NCBI RefSeq assembly: GCF_009834535.1
Contig: NC_045697.1
Coordinates: 25,546,001-25,610,000 of the forward strand
Direction of reading: 5' to 3'
From: Camelus ferus
Lineage: Eukaryota
DNA length: 64,000 nt
The translations under genes and the position numbers were made by a program. Numbering within the stretch: the first letter of the stretch is position 1; each line of letters opens with the position of its first letter. Below are positions 36,957 to 51,267 of this stretch, piece by piece. The notes under the pieces are model-generated. The model saw nothing but the letters and a program-made list of their open reading frames with translations, was not told where the DNA came from and did not search any database.

Positions 36957-38479
36957 GAGAATAACCAGCCACTTGTGAAAAATAGTTTATATCACACCTC
37001 TTTCCTGGAAAAGGCAGCAATTCTTTCTAATTATGACTAACAGTAATTCTGGATCTGGTTAGTTTTTCCTCTACAGCACTTCAGCCAGTATCACTGTCCA
37101 GGAGCCCACAAAGTATGCAATTAATTGACATGGGATCCCAAATAATACCACCGTGGACTAAGCAGCCAATTTTATGGCTAAGGAAGTGTGGCAATAGGCA
37201 TATGATTAAGGATTCAATGTTCTTACCATACACTACATCCCTGGGAATATGGTAGCCTGATGAAGCACTGGAATAGCCTCTTCAAGGTGCAACTAAGAAG
37301 CTAGTTAGAGATAACATACTGGGAGGTTAAAAAGGTGTTAGGATCTGGTATATAGCTTAACCATCTGGCCTCATGTCGTACTGTGCCACCATAGTAAGAT
37401 CCCCACTGAACAGGAATCTGCAGCTGTTGCCTGATCACTTTGGTCTCTTTGTGCTGATCATTTAGTAAGCAAAGAAAGGAATTATCACACTTGCAGGATT
37501 ATCACCTTATTTTAGATATACATGTATGTCCATTTATTTATATTTATATGTATATACACATATATGTCTATATGCATATGTATACATATATAGCAGTATA
37601 TAACTATATATGCATACATATACTTATTTAACTTTTCGAAAGAAGTATTTCTTCTAAAATGAGGTTGGTATTTTTTGTCAACATCATGTTACTAATGTTA
37701 TACTTAAGTTATAAATGCCAGTAAGTCACTTTAGTTCATGGAACACTCATAATGATCATTTTAAATCATCAATAATTTATTCTGTGCATTGATCCTGGAA
37801 ATATATTCAGAATCACCCAGATATATTAGATTCAATATATAATACAGTAAATCATTGGCACAAAATGAGGCTAACAAAGATATAAAACTTGTTCAGCAGC
37901 TCCAAAATGGAAAGTGAAAAAGAAAGATTTTAAATTATAATAAAATGAAAGATGGGGACAAATTAACTTGTCCCCATATGTAACTGAAAAAGAAAACATA
38001 ATATTCTAAATAAAAAAGTATTTCACATGTAGAAACTCACTCATCAGCCTTTGAGGTGGGTTCTACTATTAAATCCATGTTTAAGGAAGAAAACTGAGTT
38101 GATAAATTAAGTAATATGACTATAGTGATTTAGCTTGAAAGTGTTAAGAACAACCTAATAAAAAAATAACAATATATATAATTAATGAATTCTGAATGTG
38201 CATTAGACATTGTAGAAATAAATGAAGCATTGTCAACATGTAGTACTAGCCCATTCATTTGTTGTACAAAATTTTGCTACTGATTTTAAGTAAAAGCCAC
38301 TTAGTTGAAAATAAGTTGATCCCCAAGATAGTTTGTTTAAAACAATCATTTATTTGAAAATTAACATACCCTATTTTTCTGTGTCTTATATTGATTATTT
38401 TAATGAACTGTGTCCGATTTTCAAGCTTTCCAACATTTTAAAGAATTTTTTTGTTTATGCTGTTACTTAATTGTTTTAT

Positions 38480-38712
38480 TTTTTAAAAAATGTGTTTTTA
38501 TTGAAGTATAGTCAGTGTACAATGTTGTGTCAATTTCTGGTGTACAGCATAATAGTTTAGTCACACATATACGTACATATATTCATTTTCATATTCTTTT
38601 TCATTACAGGTTACTACAAGGTGTTGAATACAGTTCCCTGTGCTATACAGTAGGACCTTGTTGTTTATCTATTCTCTATAGGGTAGTTTGTGTCTGCAAG
38701 TCTCAAACTCCC
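38480..38712 (-). mobile_element. L1 3' end (older artiodactyl-type) with TSD
   Basis: ttttattgaagtatagtcagtgtacaatgttgtg...cagttccctgtgctatacagtaggaccttgttgtttatc; TSD aattgttttat at 38469-38479 and 38713-38723. Confidence 0.9.
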
Positions 38713-39159
38713 AATTGTTTTATAGTTAATTAATTTTTCTCCTTTTGTATGTTCAATACCTACTACTGCAGCGATAGAAAAGGAGTGAAAGTAATACATA
38801 GCCAGGTGAATCAAATGCCAATTTGTAAAGTGAAATCAACCAATCACGTTAGGTTTTTTCCCTAGGACTGTGTCACTATTTACTCTGTGACGCCCTTTAC
38901 TACTTTCCTATACTCAGCATGCTTGTGTCAAATAGTTTTCATATTCTTTGTAGTCTATGCCCTGGCAAATAAAGTTGCCAATCTTGTGAGAACTTATAGA
39001 AAATTATGAATAAATACATGTTGAGTGAACATTTGGGATAAGTGCAAACATTTCCATTCATTGCATCTAGTTTTCATTTAGAAATCTGTCTTTATGACTT
39101 TCTGGTTTTGGTTTGCATTAACACGATTTTTTTTTTCCAGAAGTGCCATCTGGACACAT

Positions 39160-39410
39160 TATAGGATAGAATTGAAGAGAAAAGACTTTTGGAGTCAGGC
39201 TGACTCCAAAGCTGGGGTTTGAATCCAACTCAGGACACCAATTTACTGAGATATCTTAGGCTAGCTGCTCCAGTATTTCAAGTCTCCGTTTTCTTACCTA
39301 TAAAGTGTGAAAAATAAGATTTCCACTTTCTAAAGGTGCTTAGACAAGTGTCTGACATGCAGTAAGTATTCCACAGATGCTACTTATCATTGTCCTATTA
39401 TTATTATTAA
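39160..39410 (+). mobile_element. MIR
   Basis: gacttttggagtcagg...ggtttgaatcc...gtctccgttttcttacctataaa...gtgtctgacatgcagtaagt. Confidence 0.75.
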
Positions 39411-42400
39411 ATGAAAAATTAATGAACTATAAATAAGATCAATTGAAGAAACATCGAAAAATGATGTCCCTAAACTATCAATTACTTGGGCCATTGGTTT
39501 TGAAAATAAAAATTAAATCAGCCATACTCAACCCAAAAATTATGTATTTCTAGTGATGATACAAATTCCAATACCTGGATTATACTTTATGACTTAAATG
39601 GTTTTTAAAAACAGTATGTGTCCCATGATGTTACAAATAGGGGAAGTCTTAACATTTCTAGTTTCTGCTTTTACTTACTAGTTATTTTTGAGATGATAGA
39701 ATAGTTCCATGTTTTCAAATATAAATATCTAAGTATGTATTATCCAAGAATTCAAAAGAAATTAATACTTGTAAGCATTCAGCAATTAATTCAGACTGAA
39801 AGTATACTATTTGGTCCAAGAGTAACACCAGTTTCAGTTTATTTTCAAATTTTCAACATATATATATTTGGGAGCAAAACTGGTTTATGTACATACATTC
39901 ATTTTTCTGCATTGTACTGTGATATACACAAGAAAAAACATTTCAAATATTTCATTTAAATAAAATCAATGCAAACAAGGTTTGGCTTCTTCAGATATAT
40001 TTTGTCTAGATGTTCTTGAAATGTTTATATAAAGCTCTTAACAAGATAATAAGTGGTAAGAGAAAGAGTAGTTGCTATTGTTAATACTGGAGTTCCAAGA
40101 AATAAATGCCCTTCAATTCATAAAATTTTAAATTCCTTATAAATATTCATATTACTCCTTCCTATGAATATTTATGGATGCATACTTCTAACAATGTTCA
40201 TTAAAATAGCCAAGGAAACATTCAACTGAAAATCTCCAACTTAAAACACAGTAGGAACTTAAAACACAGTAGGAAACTATCTCAGCGAGATAAATATTCT
40301 GCTCCTGCATATGACAGAGTATGTGTGTGTGTTTCAAATTAAATTTAATTTTATCCCAGAGAAGTGCAAACTAAAGGACATGTAACTGATCTTGGTGAAA
40401 ACTGAGGGAATTTTAAAATTTCTACTTACACTTTGTTCTTCACTTTCTAGTATCAAGCATTGTGCTAAGCTCTAGGAATCTAGAAGTGAGATATATACAT
40501 TACCTGCATACATATATATGTAATGAACATACATGTAAATGTGTATACACACACATATATATGCCTTCTTTTAAAGCACTAGTGAGACATATCTATGTAA
40601 TGAGAATGATAATGGCATGGAAATTCTTTTTTTATATATTGATGTGCAAGAACTGAGAGGGAGGAGAGAGGAAGAGAAAGAAAGACAGCAGAGAAAGAGA
40701 GAGTGTAGGTGGACATACTATTTCTAGCTTTGACACAGATAATTCTTCTACCCACCAAAGTGTTCAAAAAGGCCACCCCATCTCTGGTCACACCAGGTGC
40801 TGGGAGTGGCAAAAAGACTGTAACCAACTGCTCTGCTTCAGATCATCAGGGCAGGGCTATGGCATCAGCAGAACCAGGAAGACAGTGTTTCCTAGAAGCT
40901 GATGAAGAAAATCAAAGCCGTCCCTGAAAAGCAGTAGCTTACTATTTCCATCACTAAAAAAACCATTTGTGCACCTACTCTGTGCCAGGCATTGTTCTAG
41001 GAGGGAACATATCTGTGAACAAAACAAACCAACTTGTGTTTTTCCCTGATGTTCATACTCTAACATATTCATAGCCTTTCTCTAGAGAAATCACTGAGGA
41101 AAGTCTAAATATAAAACTTTTTTACAAAATACAAATGATTTGATCCAAAGGTCTAAGAAAGCATGACACTCAAAAAGACCATTTGGCATATATGCATTCT
41201 TTAGAAGGGAAACACGTTCAGAAAGCCTAAATCCTCATTCTCAAGTAAAGTCCAATGAGATGTCATACGTCATGATAATATAATCTTAGAAAATGCTCCA
41301 GCCATTTGTCCTTCTTCTTGATTAAAAACGCATATTAGCAGATTAAAGTCTTTGAGATCTGCTGCAGTGCAAAAACTACTACATGTGATTGAATCCCATG
41401 TTTTTCAAACTTGAATTTCCTATAAAAACTGCTTTTCACTGATCATGTGACTTATGGAATTAATATTTCATGGAATAGTTTTTGAAGCACCTTGATTTAG
41501 TTAATACATCTATATAGATTCATATAATGCTTCAGAATAAGATCAAGACATTCCTTCAAAAGTAAAGATATTTATACCGTAGGAAAAAAATTGGACAGAA
41601 TGGTTATATTTCTCAATTATAATCAATATTCATATGTTTGTCTCATCAATAATCACCCTCATTTGTATCACAAAGAAGATATGGTCATTAACAATGCAAG
41701 TCATAAAGGAATCAAAGATATATTAAATAGCATGGTAAATTTTATTACAAATTAATGTTACTTAACATGTCATTAACATTCTCATTTCATATGGGTTTTC
41801 CTTATTATTTTAACTTAGGGATAAAAATGTAATAAATCTTTGACCTCAATCATGTCTATCTCCTACACTGAGACGAATATACTGTGAGTTTTTGGACACC
41901 TAACGCTATCCCTTAGGGAATCTCAATTTAAAATATTCAGCTGTCCTTATTTCTAATACTGGAAGCCAGTTCAGTAGAATCATAAACCTACATTCAAGGC
42001 TACTACTGAATTTTGAAAAAAGAAAAAGAAAAAGAAGGAGGAGGAGGAGAAGGAGGGGGAAGTGGGGAGGAGAAATCTAGGTCTAGTTATTTAATGCATC
42101 TTAGTGTCCATTTATGATAAATAAAAATTGTATTTTCAAAAAGGACCTGAGGTCTTCAGATTGATTCTCTGAAGGTGTAACTGTCATTGATAAGTATGGC
42201 ATTAGGCTTTTCATAGATTACAGAAGGTTTAAATAGGAATAATAAATAACCCCAAACTGCCCACCTTAGAATGGCCTTCACCATTTTGTTCTGCAGGTCA
42301 CTTGAATAACTGTCAGGAAAGCAAGCCATTAGAGGAGAATTAGTTTTGATTAAGCTTAATGTTTTCTCTTAACTATTTTTCTTAACTTCAGAGAAGATAT

Positions 42401-44389
42401 TAATTTATATCAATTGACTAGAGTATTCTGTAACAAGGTCATCTCTACTCAAAAATAGATTAATTTTTAACCTGTTTCAGGCATGAGACATCTTAAAGAT
42501 TCCAAACCACTTTTTTTGTACTAGCAGGATTTTAAAAATGATTCAGAGAAGCAAAGCAGTTCATGACATACGGAGAACAGGTACAATTACTATATCTTAA
42601 TAAATAGTAAAATACATTAGAAAAAGCAAAGAAGAAACTGATAAAATTGTTTCAGCCCAATAAAGTTCTTTATTTCTTAAATGACAAAGAAAAAAACCAT
42701 AAAATATACCTCCTTTTGTAGTTTATGCCTCCAAATGTAATAAAGTAGTAATATTTATTAATGTTAATTATTATAATATAAAAATGAAAGTATTATAATA
42801 TAAAAATATGAAAGAGGGCTAAGACATAAGCACAAAGCTGAAATAAGGTAAATTTTATAAATAATCAATTATATTTTTATTTATAAAATTGAGAAAGTCA
42901 TTTGAATAAACATCTGTAGACATTTTAGACAAGATATTAGAATGAACAAAATAGTTATATCCCTCACTTTCGACTCCCACTGAAAGAAATAATTGAAGAA
43001 AAAATACAAAGAGAGAAAACCTGTATCAAAATAGAAAACAGAAAACTTAGGATGAGCGCTGTTGCTGTGGTTGATGCAATCAGTGACAAGAGCTTGATAG
43101 AAACCTTGAGAAACCTATGCCTCACCCCTCTCTTACTCCACCTGACCCTCCCTCCCTCTCCCCTCCAAAAAAGAGAACCAATTTTCAGGTAATAAAGATT
43201 GGGGAGATCTTCATGAACTCTCTCTGATCTTCTCAACTAAAATGATGGCAGATGGAGGTAAGGCGTTTGGGCTCCCATCTCTTCTGACTGGCTAAAGGAC
43301 TTCAGAGGTCAAAGATCTCCTCCTACTGTAGAAAGTCACAACAGTTGAATTTAGCTGTGGCAACCTGGTATTATAAACAACAAAGAAAAACTTCAACAAA
43401 GAAAAAGCTCCAGGACTTACAATAGAACTTAAGTATCACATTCCTATGAATTTCACGAACATGTTTTCAGTTTAAGAAAAGCCCCCCCCCCCAAAGCATT
43501 TATGGCTATCTATAAATTCAGCTCTTTTTGTTCATTGCTCCCATATTCTCTCTTTGAGCTAGAAATTTACCATCAAAAAGTTTTTACTTTTTCACCTCCA
43601 TCGCTGGAGGTCCTCCAGGTAAAATGTGGTCAGGAATCTCACCCAGTAATGAAGAACCCTTTCAACCCTTAGATACATATATAAACCAATGCAGTGCAGG
43701 TATTGCCCACATGTGTATGCAAACAGCTAGATAACATCAAAGCTCAGATGTTCCCACTGATCAAATAATTTTGCTCAAACCCAAAGGACATGGAAGATGC
43801 CATGATCTGGCATGAACTTACAACTGGAAAATAGGAAGAAAAACATTGTTTGAAATCTAAACAAAATTCCAAAGAAAAGTCTATCCATAAAATTGATACA
43901 GTAAAAGGAAGTTAGGTTAGGAAATATTGTATAGGCAAATAACATAATATTGGAATTAAAACTATAATGGTGTCTGTGAAAATCAGGACAGATGCAGAGG
44001 AAAATTTTAAAAAGAGAATATAAAATTACCCATAAAGAAAGTTGAAAAAATTTCCTAGAACTGAGAAAAAAAGAATAGAAGTCTTTTGATTTTTAAATGA
44101 GAGAAAAAGATGAAGTTTTAAAACTAAATTTAAACTCTAATTATACCATGTGTATAGTTGGTTTTAATACTGTCAGTTAATACCCAACAAATTTATTTTA
44201 AAAAGTCAAGTAGTTGATATATTTTCTTAGATTACACAGATGATCAATAAAATCTCATAGAAGTTCCAGAGCAAAGAGAAAGAAACTGCCGATGAAGCTA
44301 CAAATGTAGCTAAGAGTAAAAAGCTGTCCTGATACATTGTCCAAAATTTGACAGTAAGCCATGCATTCAAAATTAATTTTAAGAGAAAT

Positions 44390-45825
44390 ACTCTTGAAAA
44401 TGGATATTCTTGTGTACTGCTATATTGCCTCTGCCATTGGAGAGGGAATTCAATCATACATAATACATATTTTAAAATGTGCCTTTTAGCCTATTATTTT
44501 ATTTCTATGAAATGAATCTAAGAACAGAGTCATAAGTATGGAAAAAGACTTAGGTTCATCTTTGTTCATTGAAGCTTCATGCAGTCATCTTAGGAATTGA
44601 ACAGTAAAGTTACTAAGCAACTAAGTATAGGTCTGTATAAATACATATTATGTGTTTATTAAATAACTTTAAAGAATATAATTATACTGAAAGATGCTCA
44701 AACAATTATGTTAGATAAAGATCACATACAAGCTGGATAATAGTATCAACAGTATTTGTTATAGCTGTATTACAGCAATATATCTAAGTATATCAAAAAA
44801 TATAATGACTTGATCAAGTTTTCTCTTGGGCTTGAAATTATGGGAGATTTTAATTTTAATGTCATGCTTTTCTATATTTTCATACTTTCTGCAAAGTGCA
44901 TAAGTAGTCTTGTATTATTACCAAACCTTTATTATTTACATTAATAATAGATGTATCTTTTTGAAATTTTCATGTATAATTTATAAATAAAATAAAAGAA
45001 TCTATAAAAATCCAGGAAAGAAAATATTGTTACATATAAAGGAACAAAAATCTAAGCAACATTATTGACTTTTCTGCAACACCATACTGTAAGACAAAAT
45101 GTTAAAAATAGTTGCAAAGTTCTGAAAATAAGTTTGTGATTTCAAAACAGTGTGTACATAGCCATAGACAGACATTCAGATTTGTGTGATCATAGAAAAT
45201 GCATCAACTGTGTAACCTTCTTTAATAAATTTGTTGGCTATTAACTGACAGTATTAAAACCAGTCATACATATAGTATAATTATAGTTTAAATTTGGTTA
45301 TAAAAGCAATTAGAATCTGAAATATAAAAATATTCAAACAGCGTAATTTATCACTCTACATAAAATTAACAAAGTCAAGTAGATATATGAAAACCTGAAA
45401 ATAGAGTAAAAGATCTCATGTTCCTGTAAAGATAATTCTATGACATCTTTTTGAATAAGGGACATTCCTAAATCATCTACTAAATACTCACACATATGAT
45501 AAAGCCACTGGAAAAAAAATATTATCCCACAACAATTGACTATTTTTTATATATGAGTAGAAACACTTACAGAACATAATAGAGAGAAGGCCAATTCACA
45601 ATAGTAACAAAAGATATGAAGTATTATCTAGATACACTTGACAAAGAATGCCAAAAGGCTATATTAAAAACTATTATAATGTCAGAGATTTGCAAAAAAT
45701 CAACATAAATAGGGTAATATTATATATAATAAAGAGGTAAAGTTCTCCAAATTCACTTATAAATCCAAGGTAATTAATTAATCAAACATTACTAGGAATT
45801 TAATTTATTTTAAAATTTGACTAAG
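44390..45825 (+). mobile_element. Old L1ME-type fragments
   Basis: A-rich L1-like text (caattcacaatagtaacaaaagatatgaagtatt; aaagttctccaaattcacttataaatccaag); boundaries approximate. Confidence 0.55.
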
Positions 45826-45829
45826 GCAT

Positions 45830-46380
45830 TTGAGTGACATCATCAAAATAGAAGTCGCTAGCACTCAGCTCCCTGCCGAAACATCAGCTTGAACCACTAT
45901 CTGCATGTGAAGAAACCTTCACAATAGCCAAGGATGCCGGGTGAGAGCTGACAGCACCTGGGAGAAGCACAGAAATAAGAAAAGATGCATAGAGGAGGGT
46001 AGAACACAGATTTACACTACCCCTTCCTCCAAGAGCGGACAGCCCGGCATGGAGACTCCCTCCCTCTAGTGAGCACTCAACTTCACCTTGGACTCCAGAG
46101 GTGATCCATCCTAGTACCAGGCTGACTCCTGCAGTATGAGGTAGCTCCCAGTGCGCTCCTGTGAATTCAGGCCCCTGGCTCACCGTGGCTGCCTGATCCA
46201 GTGGCCCAAGTAGATCTTATTGGGCCCCTAGCTCATCCCAGTGTGCCTACTGCTCCAGAGGTCCCAGGCTGCTCCCACAGCTTCAGAGAGCTTTGAGAGG
46301 ACAACTATGAAACCATACTTTGGGCTCACCCACCCAGCAGTCTCCCATGGCCACTGGCGGCTTCTGTGGCTCCTGGCCTC
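45830..46380 (+). mobile_element. L1 5'-UTR-like fragment
   Basis: Begins gagtgacatcatcaaaat; GC-richer than its flanks; resembles laurasiatherian L1 5' ends. Confidence 0.6.
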
Positions 46381-46434
46381 TTTTCTTTACAACTCCCATT
46401 AGGTAGATACTTGATATTATTACATATCAGGCAA

Positions 46435-46760
46435 ACATATGAAGAGTTGGAAAGCTAGAGAAGTAGAAAGCCCTATTAGGACCTCAAAAGCAAAGGAAGA
46501 ACACAGTGAAGAGTTCCCTGGGATTTCTCTTCGCCTCACCTACCTCAGATGTGAGACTGAAGATGTCAGCAATGTGGAACTATCTAACAGACATAGACAA
46601 AAGCATCCCCAAAGAAAAGCCTTCCTTCTAAAGCCAAAGGACCAGGAAAGGAGCAGCCTACCTAGACAGAAAATAGACAATAACCACTTTATTCCAGCCA
46701 GTGTCACAGAAAAAATACATAGCTCCATCCCCACTCATGAAAATGATAATAATCTGTCAG
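46435..46760 (+). mobile_element. Old L1M 5'-region fragment
   Basis: aaagccttccttctaaagccaaaggaccaggaaaggagcagcctacc; it accounts for the 120-aa ORF. Confidence 0.55.
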
Positions 46761-47646
46761 TGTATTTACAGGGACAAAATAATTTAAAAGCTCATGATTA
46801 AACTCAGAGTACCATAGCAGGGAGATAGAAGTAAGAGAAAGGCAGTAATGTCTACTGAGTTAAGAGAAATATACAAGGAGAATGTTGCCATTAAATCAGC
46901 AAATCCATCATCCATCAACAAAATAAATACAAAAGGTCATTAAAAGATATGATCATAGTAGGTCTCAGACTAAATCTTCTGTTCTACAACAGAGGACCAA
47001 AATCCTTACAAGAATTCTGGTCCAAACTGTCGATAGGCTTTTCTGGGGTTTGTTGAGTAGAAATTTTCTGAATACAGGCCTAGGAGAAAATTGACAACAA
47101 TTACAACATAACATCACTTCCATAAAAAGAACTATAGAGGCAGTGAGACACAGTAGATGCATATGGTGTGTTTATTTCAAATTCCCTGTGAAGTGCATGG
47201 TGCAAACTGAAACTTTATGAGAATAAAGTGACTATACTTTCATAACACTTTGTGCACTCAGACTTCTTTCTTATGCATTATCTGTGTTTCTTAACTGCCT
47301 TATATATTCTGTAACCCAGGTGCAAGTCTTACATCTTACGTCCATTTTATTAATAGAATAATTATGGAAAGCAAGACTCAGAGAAATTGTACGTTTTGAT
47401 GTTAATCACATGGCTAATAAGAGATGGAACCAAGCTTTTAATCTAGGCCTTCTAACCTGAAAAAGCATTCCACTTACCTCCCCTTATACTTACATAAACA
47501 TGCTGATATTTTTTCTCTTTCCTGAAACCTAGAAAAATTATCATTGAGAAAAGATTTGCATTTGGGAATGGAGACTTGGAATAAATCATGTGGGAGGGAA
47601 ACACATGGCATTATTTCAAATAAAGAATGGTTTAAAAATTAACAGT

Positions 47647-48170
47647 GTTGTAGGTTAAATATGGCCACAAAGTTTTCTCCCATAATGAAGCGGAATCTAT
47701 TTCCCCAGCATGGGCGGCTCTTATTGTGACTCGCTGTGACCACGAGATGGTGTCTGAAGAAGTTTGTGTAATTTCAGTATCCAAGACTTAAGAGATCTTG
47801 TAGCTTCTGTTCTCTCCAAGCATTACTACCCGTACAGAGGCTCAGGATAGGATCCTCCAGGGTGACAGATCTCACGGAGAGACACTGTGCAGAGAGAGAG
47901 GCTCAGCTGTCACAGCTTTGCCAGTGGGAGCTAAGGCCCCACCCAAGTGAGTGAGGCCTCCAGAGATGACGCAGCTCCCACTATCACACCCAGAGACTAC
48001 AAAACCTGAGTGAGCCCAGCTGACAGGATGTGGAGCAGAAATTACATGTCCATACTGAGTTGTGCCCACACCACAAACCCACAGAATCATCAAGTAATTG
48101 ATAATTATGGCTTTAAACCAAACCACCCCAGTTTGGGGTGATTTATTATTCAACATTAGATAACTATGAC
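47647..48170 (+). mobile_element. MaLR LTR (MLT1F/G-like)
   Basis: tgttgtaggttaaatatggccaca...gtgagtgaggcc...aaacccacagaatcatc...gtttggggtgatttattattcaacattagataact. Confidence 0.85.
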
Positions 48171-50949
48171 TGAGGGTGAAAGCATTTAGACCAACAAAAC
48201 AGACCATCATCATCATAGGAGGATGTTAGAAGGATTTATATGAAAAGCAGGAATAAAATCCGTTGTCATTAGAAGACAATTGGATGATTTACTGATGATG
48301 AAGCTTCATTATTTCTGAGTGAAGTTGGATTGTGATAAAAGCCGAGCTGAGTAATGAATTATGTATGGTGCTAGTGTGTAGCATTTATATATGTAGTATC
48401 TTAATAGCCAGTAAGCACTACTCATGAAAATAGTTTGTGGTAAGTGTGTTATTCTGTTATCTTAGAAGACAACACGAAAAAGGAATTAAATTTTTACAAA
48501 AAAGCATATACTAATGAAAGCCACTATTCATACTTCTGGTCTTATGTGTTGGATTATTATCCATAAATATGCACTTGATCTAATAACTCATATAACTATG
48601 TATTTTTGTAAATCAATAGATCAGAAGCCTGCAGTTACCACCTTCATCTTCCATTAATAAGCTATTTCATGATTTCTCAAAATACTAAAAATCACATTTT
48701 CAGTTAAAACATTTTAATGTGAAATTTATTTATTTATAAACAATTATAACAGTCATGGTATCCCAAGATATATCCACATGTCAAATTAAACTTGAACCAA
48801 TGATTTACTAAAAAATATAGTTGCTCTAATAATGGCTTTTCTCTGTGTGAAGAGTTTAGAGTTGGAAACCAAAAGTGTCAGCCTTGAAACAAACACAGGG
48901 TCCATTCAGGATTGGTTGGTCAATTCTTCAGGAGTATCTGAAGAATCGAAGTGCTTAAAATTCTTTCCCTCTGTATCCAATTAATCTGTCATTTATTAGT
49001 TAGCAGAAAAATGTTATAAGGAGAATATAAAATAATATAAAAATAAATAATAAGTAACAAATACAAGGAGTATCAACAAGTCTAGGAAAGCACATAATAA
49101 CCAAATGCAATTTATGTAACATAAAGATCAATGAAAAACTAATAAGGTAGGAATTGTACTTTTTCATTTCATTTCCTTTTCTTTTCTTCCCTCTACTTCT
49201 CCCTACTCTTCTTTATTCCTACTTTCTGATTTTCTTCTTCACTTATTTCTGTCTTTACTCATTTTCTAATTTCCTCTTTTCCTTCCATTTTTTATTCCTC
49301 CCTTCCTCCCTTCTTTCTTGTCTGATTGCTTTTTCATAAACAGCGGTGATAAAGTGGAACCAAATCACAGATTTCATTGAAAAAGCTGAACTGTCAACCA
49401 TATATTTAGTAGTTTAACTTGAGTAGAACAGCACAGTAAGAATATCATTCAGGTCACATCCTTAAAGAGGGGCAAGTGACCACAGTTCAAATTCCAGTGT
49501 AGCCCCAAGAGGATTACCATTTGATTCCATTATTTTGCCAATGGATTCTTATCCTTTGATGAAAAAATTTTTAATCCATGTCACATATTCAATGTGACCA
49601 CTAAATGGAGAGTCACCATGACTCTTGATCAGAATTCATAGCCAAATAGTCACCCACTGTAAACACACAATGGCGAGAAGAACAATGTGGGTTAATAAAT
49701 TTTATATTTGTTGATGACATCTGTAATTTGTTATATTTGAACCAAATCCCATTTCTCTTTTACACATTTCATTCTTCTCCATTGGCTTGTGGATTTATAT
49801 GGTTTGATGCCTTTACTTGCAGCCATCCATCTCAAATACTATATTCTTTCCTCTTTATTTCTACAGCCAAGATTTTTGAACACTGGATAGTGATAATGAG
49901 TTCCTAAATTTTAATATATATGTGCACAAAACCACCTTATTATACCTTTTTTCATTATTATACCTTATATTGCAATGTATGTTGTCTATTCTAAGTAAAA
50001 ATATCCCAAGAATATATGCACTGCAAGATAACAGATGAATGAATATACTCAATATGCATCCAACAACAGTAAATGTATATACCTGGTAAAAAATTACCTG
50101 TGACAGAGTGCTACACAATGAACCAGGTTAAATATCCCAAATATTTCCTGCATTCTCCTGCTTTCCTATGAAAATACAGCAAAGCATTATTACTAGGGAA
50201 AAATCAGAGCTGGGAAATGTGTCCGTGGGATTAGTGTGTCTGAGAAAGGCACAGACAAAACCATATTTATCAGGCTTTCTTCTCATGCCCATGGAACTGA
50301 TATGTAACAGCAGAAGCAATAAAGGTAAATTTTGGATATGACTATTTCGTAAAAGCGATTTTAAAAAATATTTTTATCTTCTATAAAACTGAGACATGTA
50401 CATCTGGTGTCAATTTTAAGTCTTCAGAAAATCTTACATGCCTTACAACTTCAAAAAGGATATATGAAGGCATAATGGAATATATCCTGAGGTTTTATTT
50501 AATTCTTTACTTATGTGAGACATGACTTAAATTTAAAGTAGCAAAAAATAAATTTAAAAAATATATTGATATTCACAGTTTCAGGGTTTTCTCTGAACCT
50601 TGTGGCTGCCTCTGCATTTAGATGCAACACTGTACAAGGCTGAAGGGTCAGGAATTATAGAGCTGGTGACTGAACAACCACTATGACTCGGCTCTTCTGG
50701 CCATTCAATGTGTTTCAACCATATAATGAAAACTTTTCTACGCTCATTTCTTCCCCTACAAGTCTCTCTCCCTTGCCTTCCCCCAGATTCCTCAGTTTGC
50801 TGTTTCATAATAAAAGACTCGAGTAATTGTCCTGTTTTCTATTTAGGAGCTCTGTACCCCTGAGTGTCAGTTCTTTAACCTACAAAATGGTGATAACATC
50901 ACCATCAGTTATTGTGAAGAATAAAGTAACATGTAAAACTTACCTTACA

Positions 50950-51267
50950 GTGTATATGAATAAATGTATGTACTGTGAAATGTTTACCACAATAAGGTAA
51001 AAGGCATCCATCACTTCAATTAGTGTGTGTGTGTGTGTGTGGTGAGAATATTTACAATCTACTGTCTTAGCAATTTTCAAGAATATAATGCATACTTGAA
51101 ACTATAGTGGCCATGCTATATATTAGATCTCAAGAACTTACTCATCTTAGAGCTGGACATTTGTACCCTTTAACCAATATCTCCCCATCTTCCCCATCCC
51201 ACAGCCACTGGCAGCCACCATTCTACTCTTGCTTTCTATGAGTTCAGCTTTTTAAGATTTTATATAC
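50950..51267 (-). mobile_element. L1MA-type 3' end with (GT)n
   Basis: ggtgagaatatttacaatctactgtcttagcaattttcaag...caccattctactcttgctttctatgagttc. Confidence 0.85.

Larger units (their letters stand above)
34190..37500 (+). mobile_element. Fragmented ERVL internal (pol) remnant with nested LTRs
   Basis: RNase H-like segment at 34190-34480 (cacgttaatgctcaccag) and integrase-like segments at 36140-36320 and 36960-37500 (ttttatggctaaggaagtgtggcaataggc; gcactggaatagcctcttcaaggtgcaacta). All frames are disrupted. Confidence 0.7.

Noticed and set aside
46439..46801. Longest ORF in the track (120 aa)
   Set aside because: Lies in L1-like 5' sequence, with no splice or domain support.
47872..48216. 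114-aa minus-strand ORF
   Set aside because: Antisense reading of a MaLR LTR.
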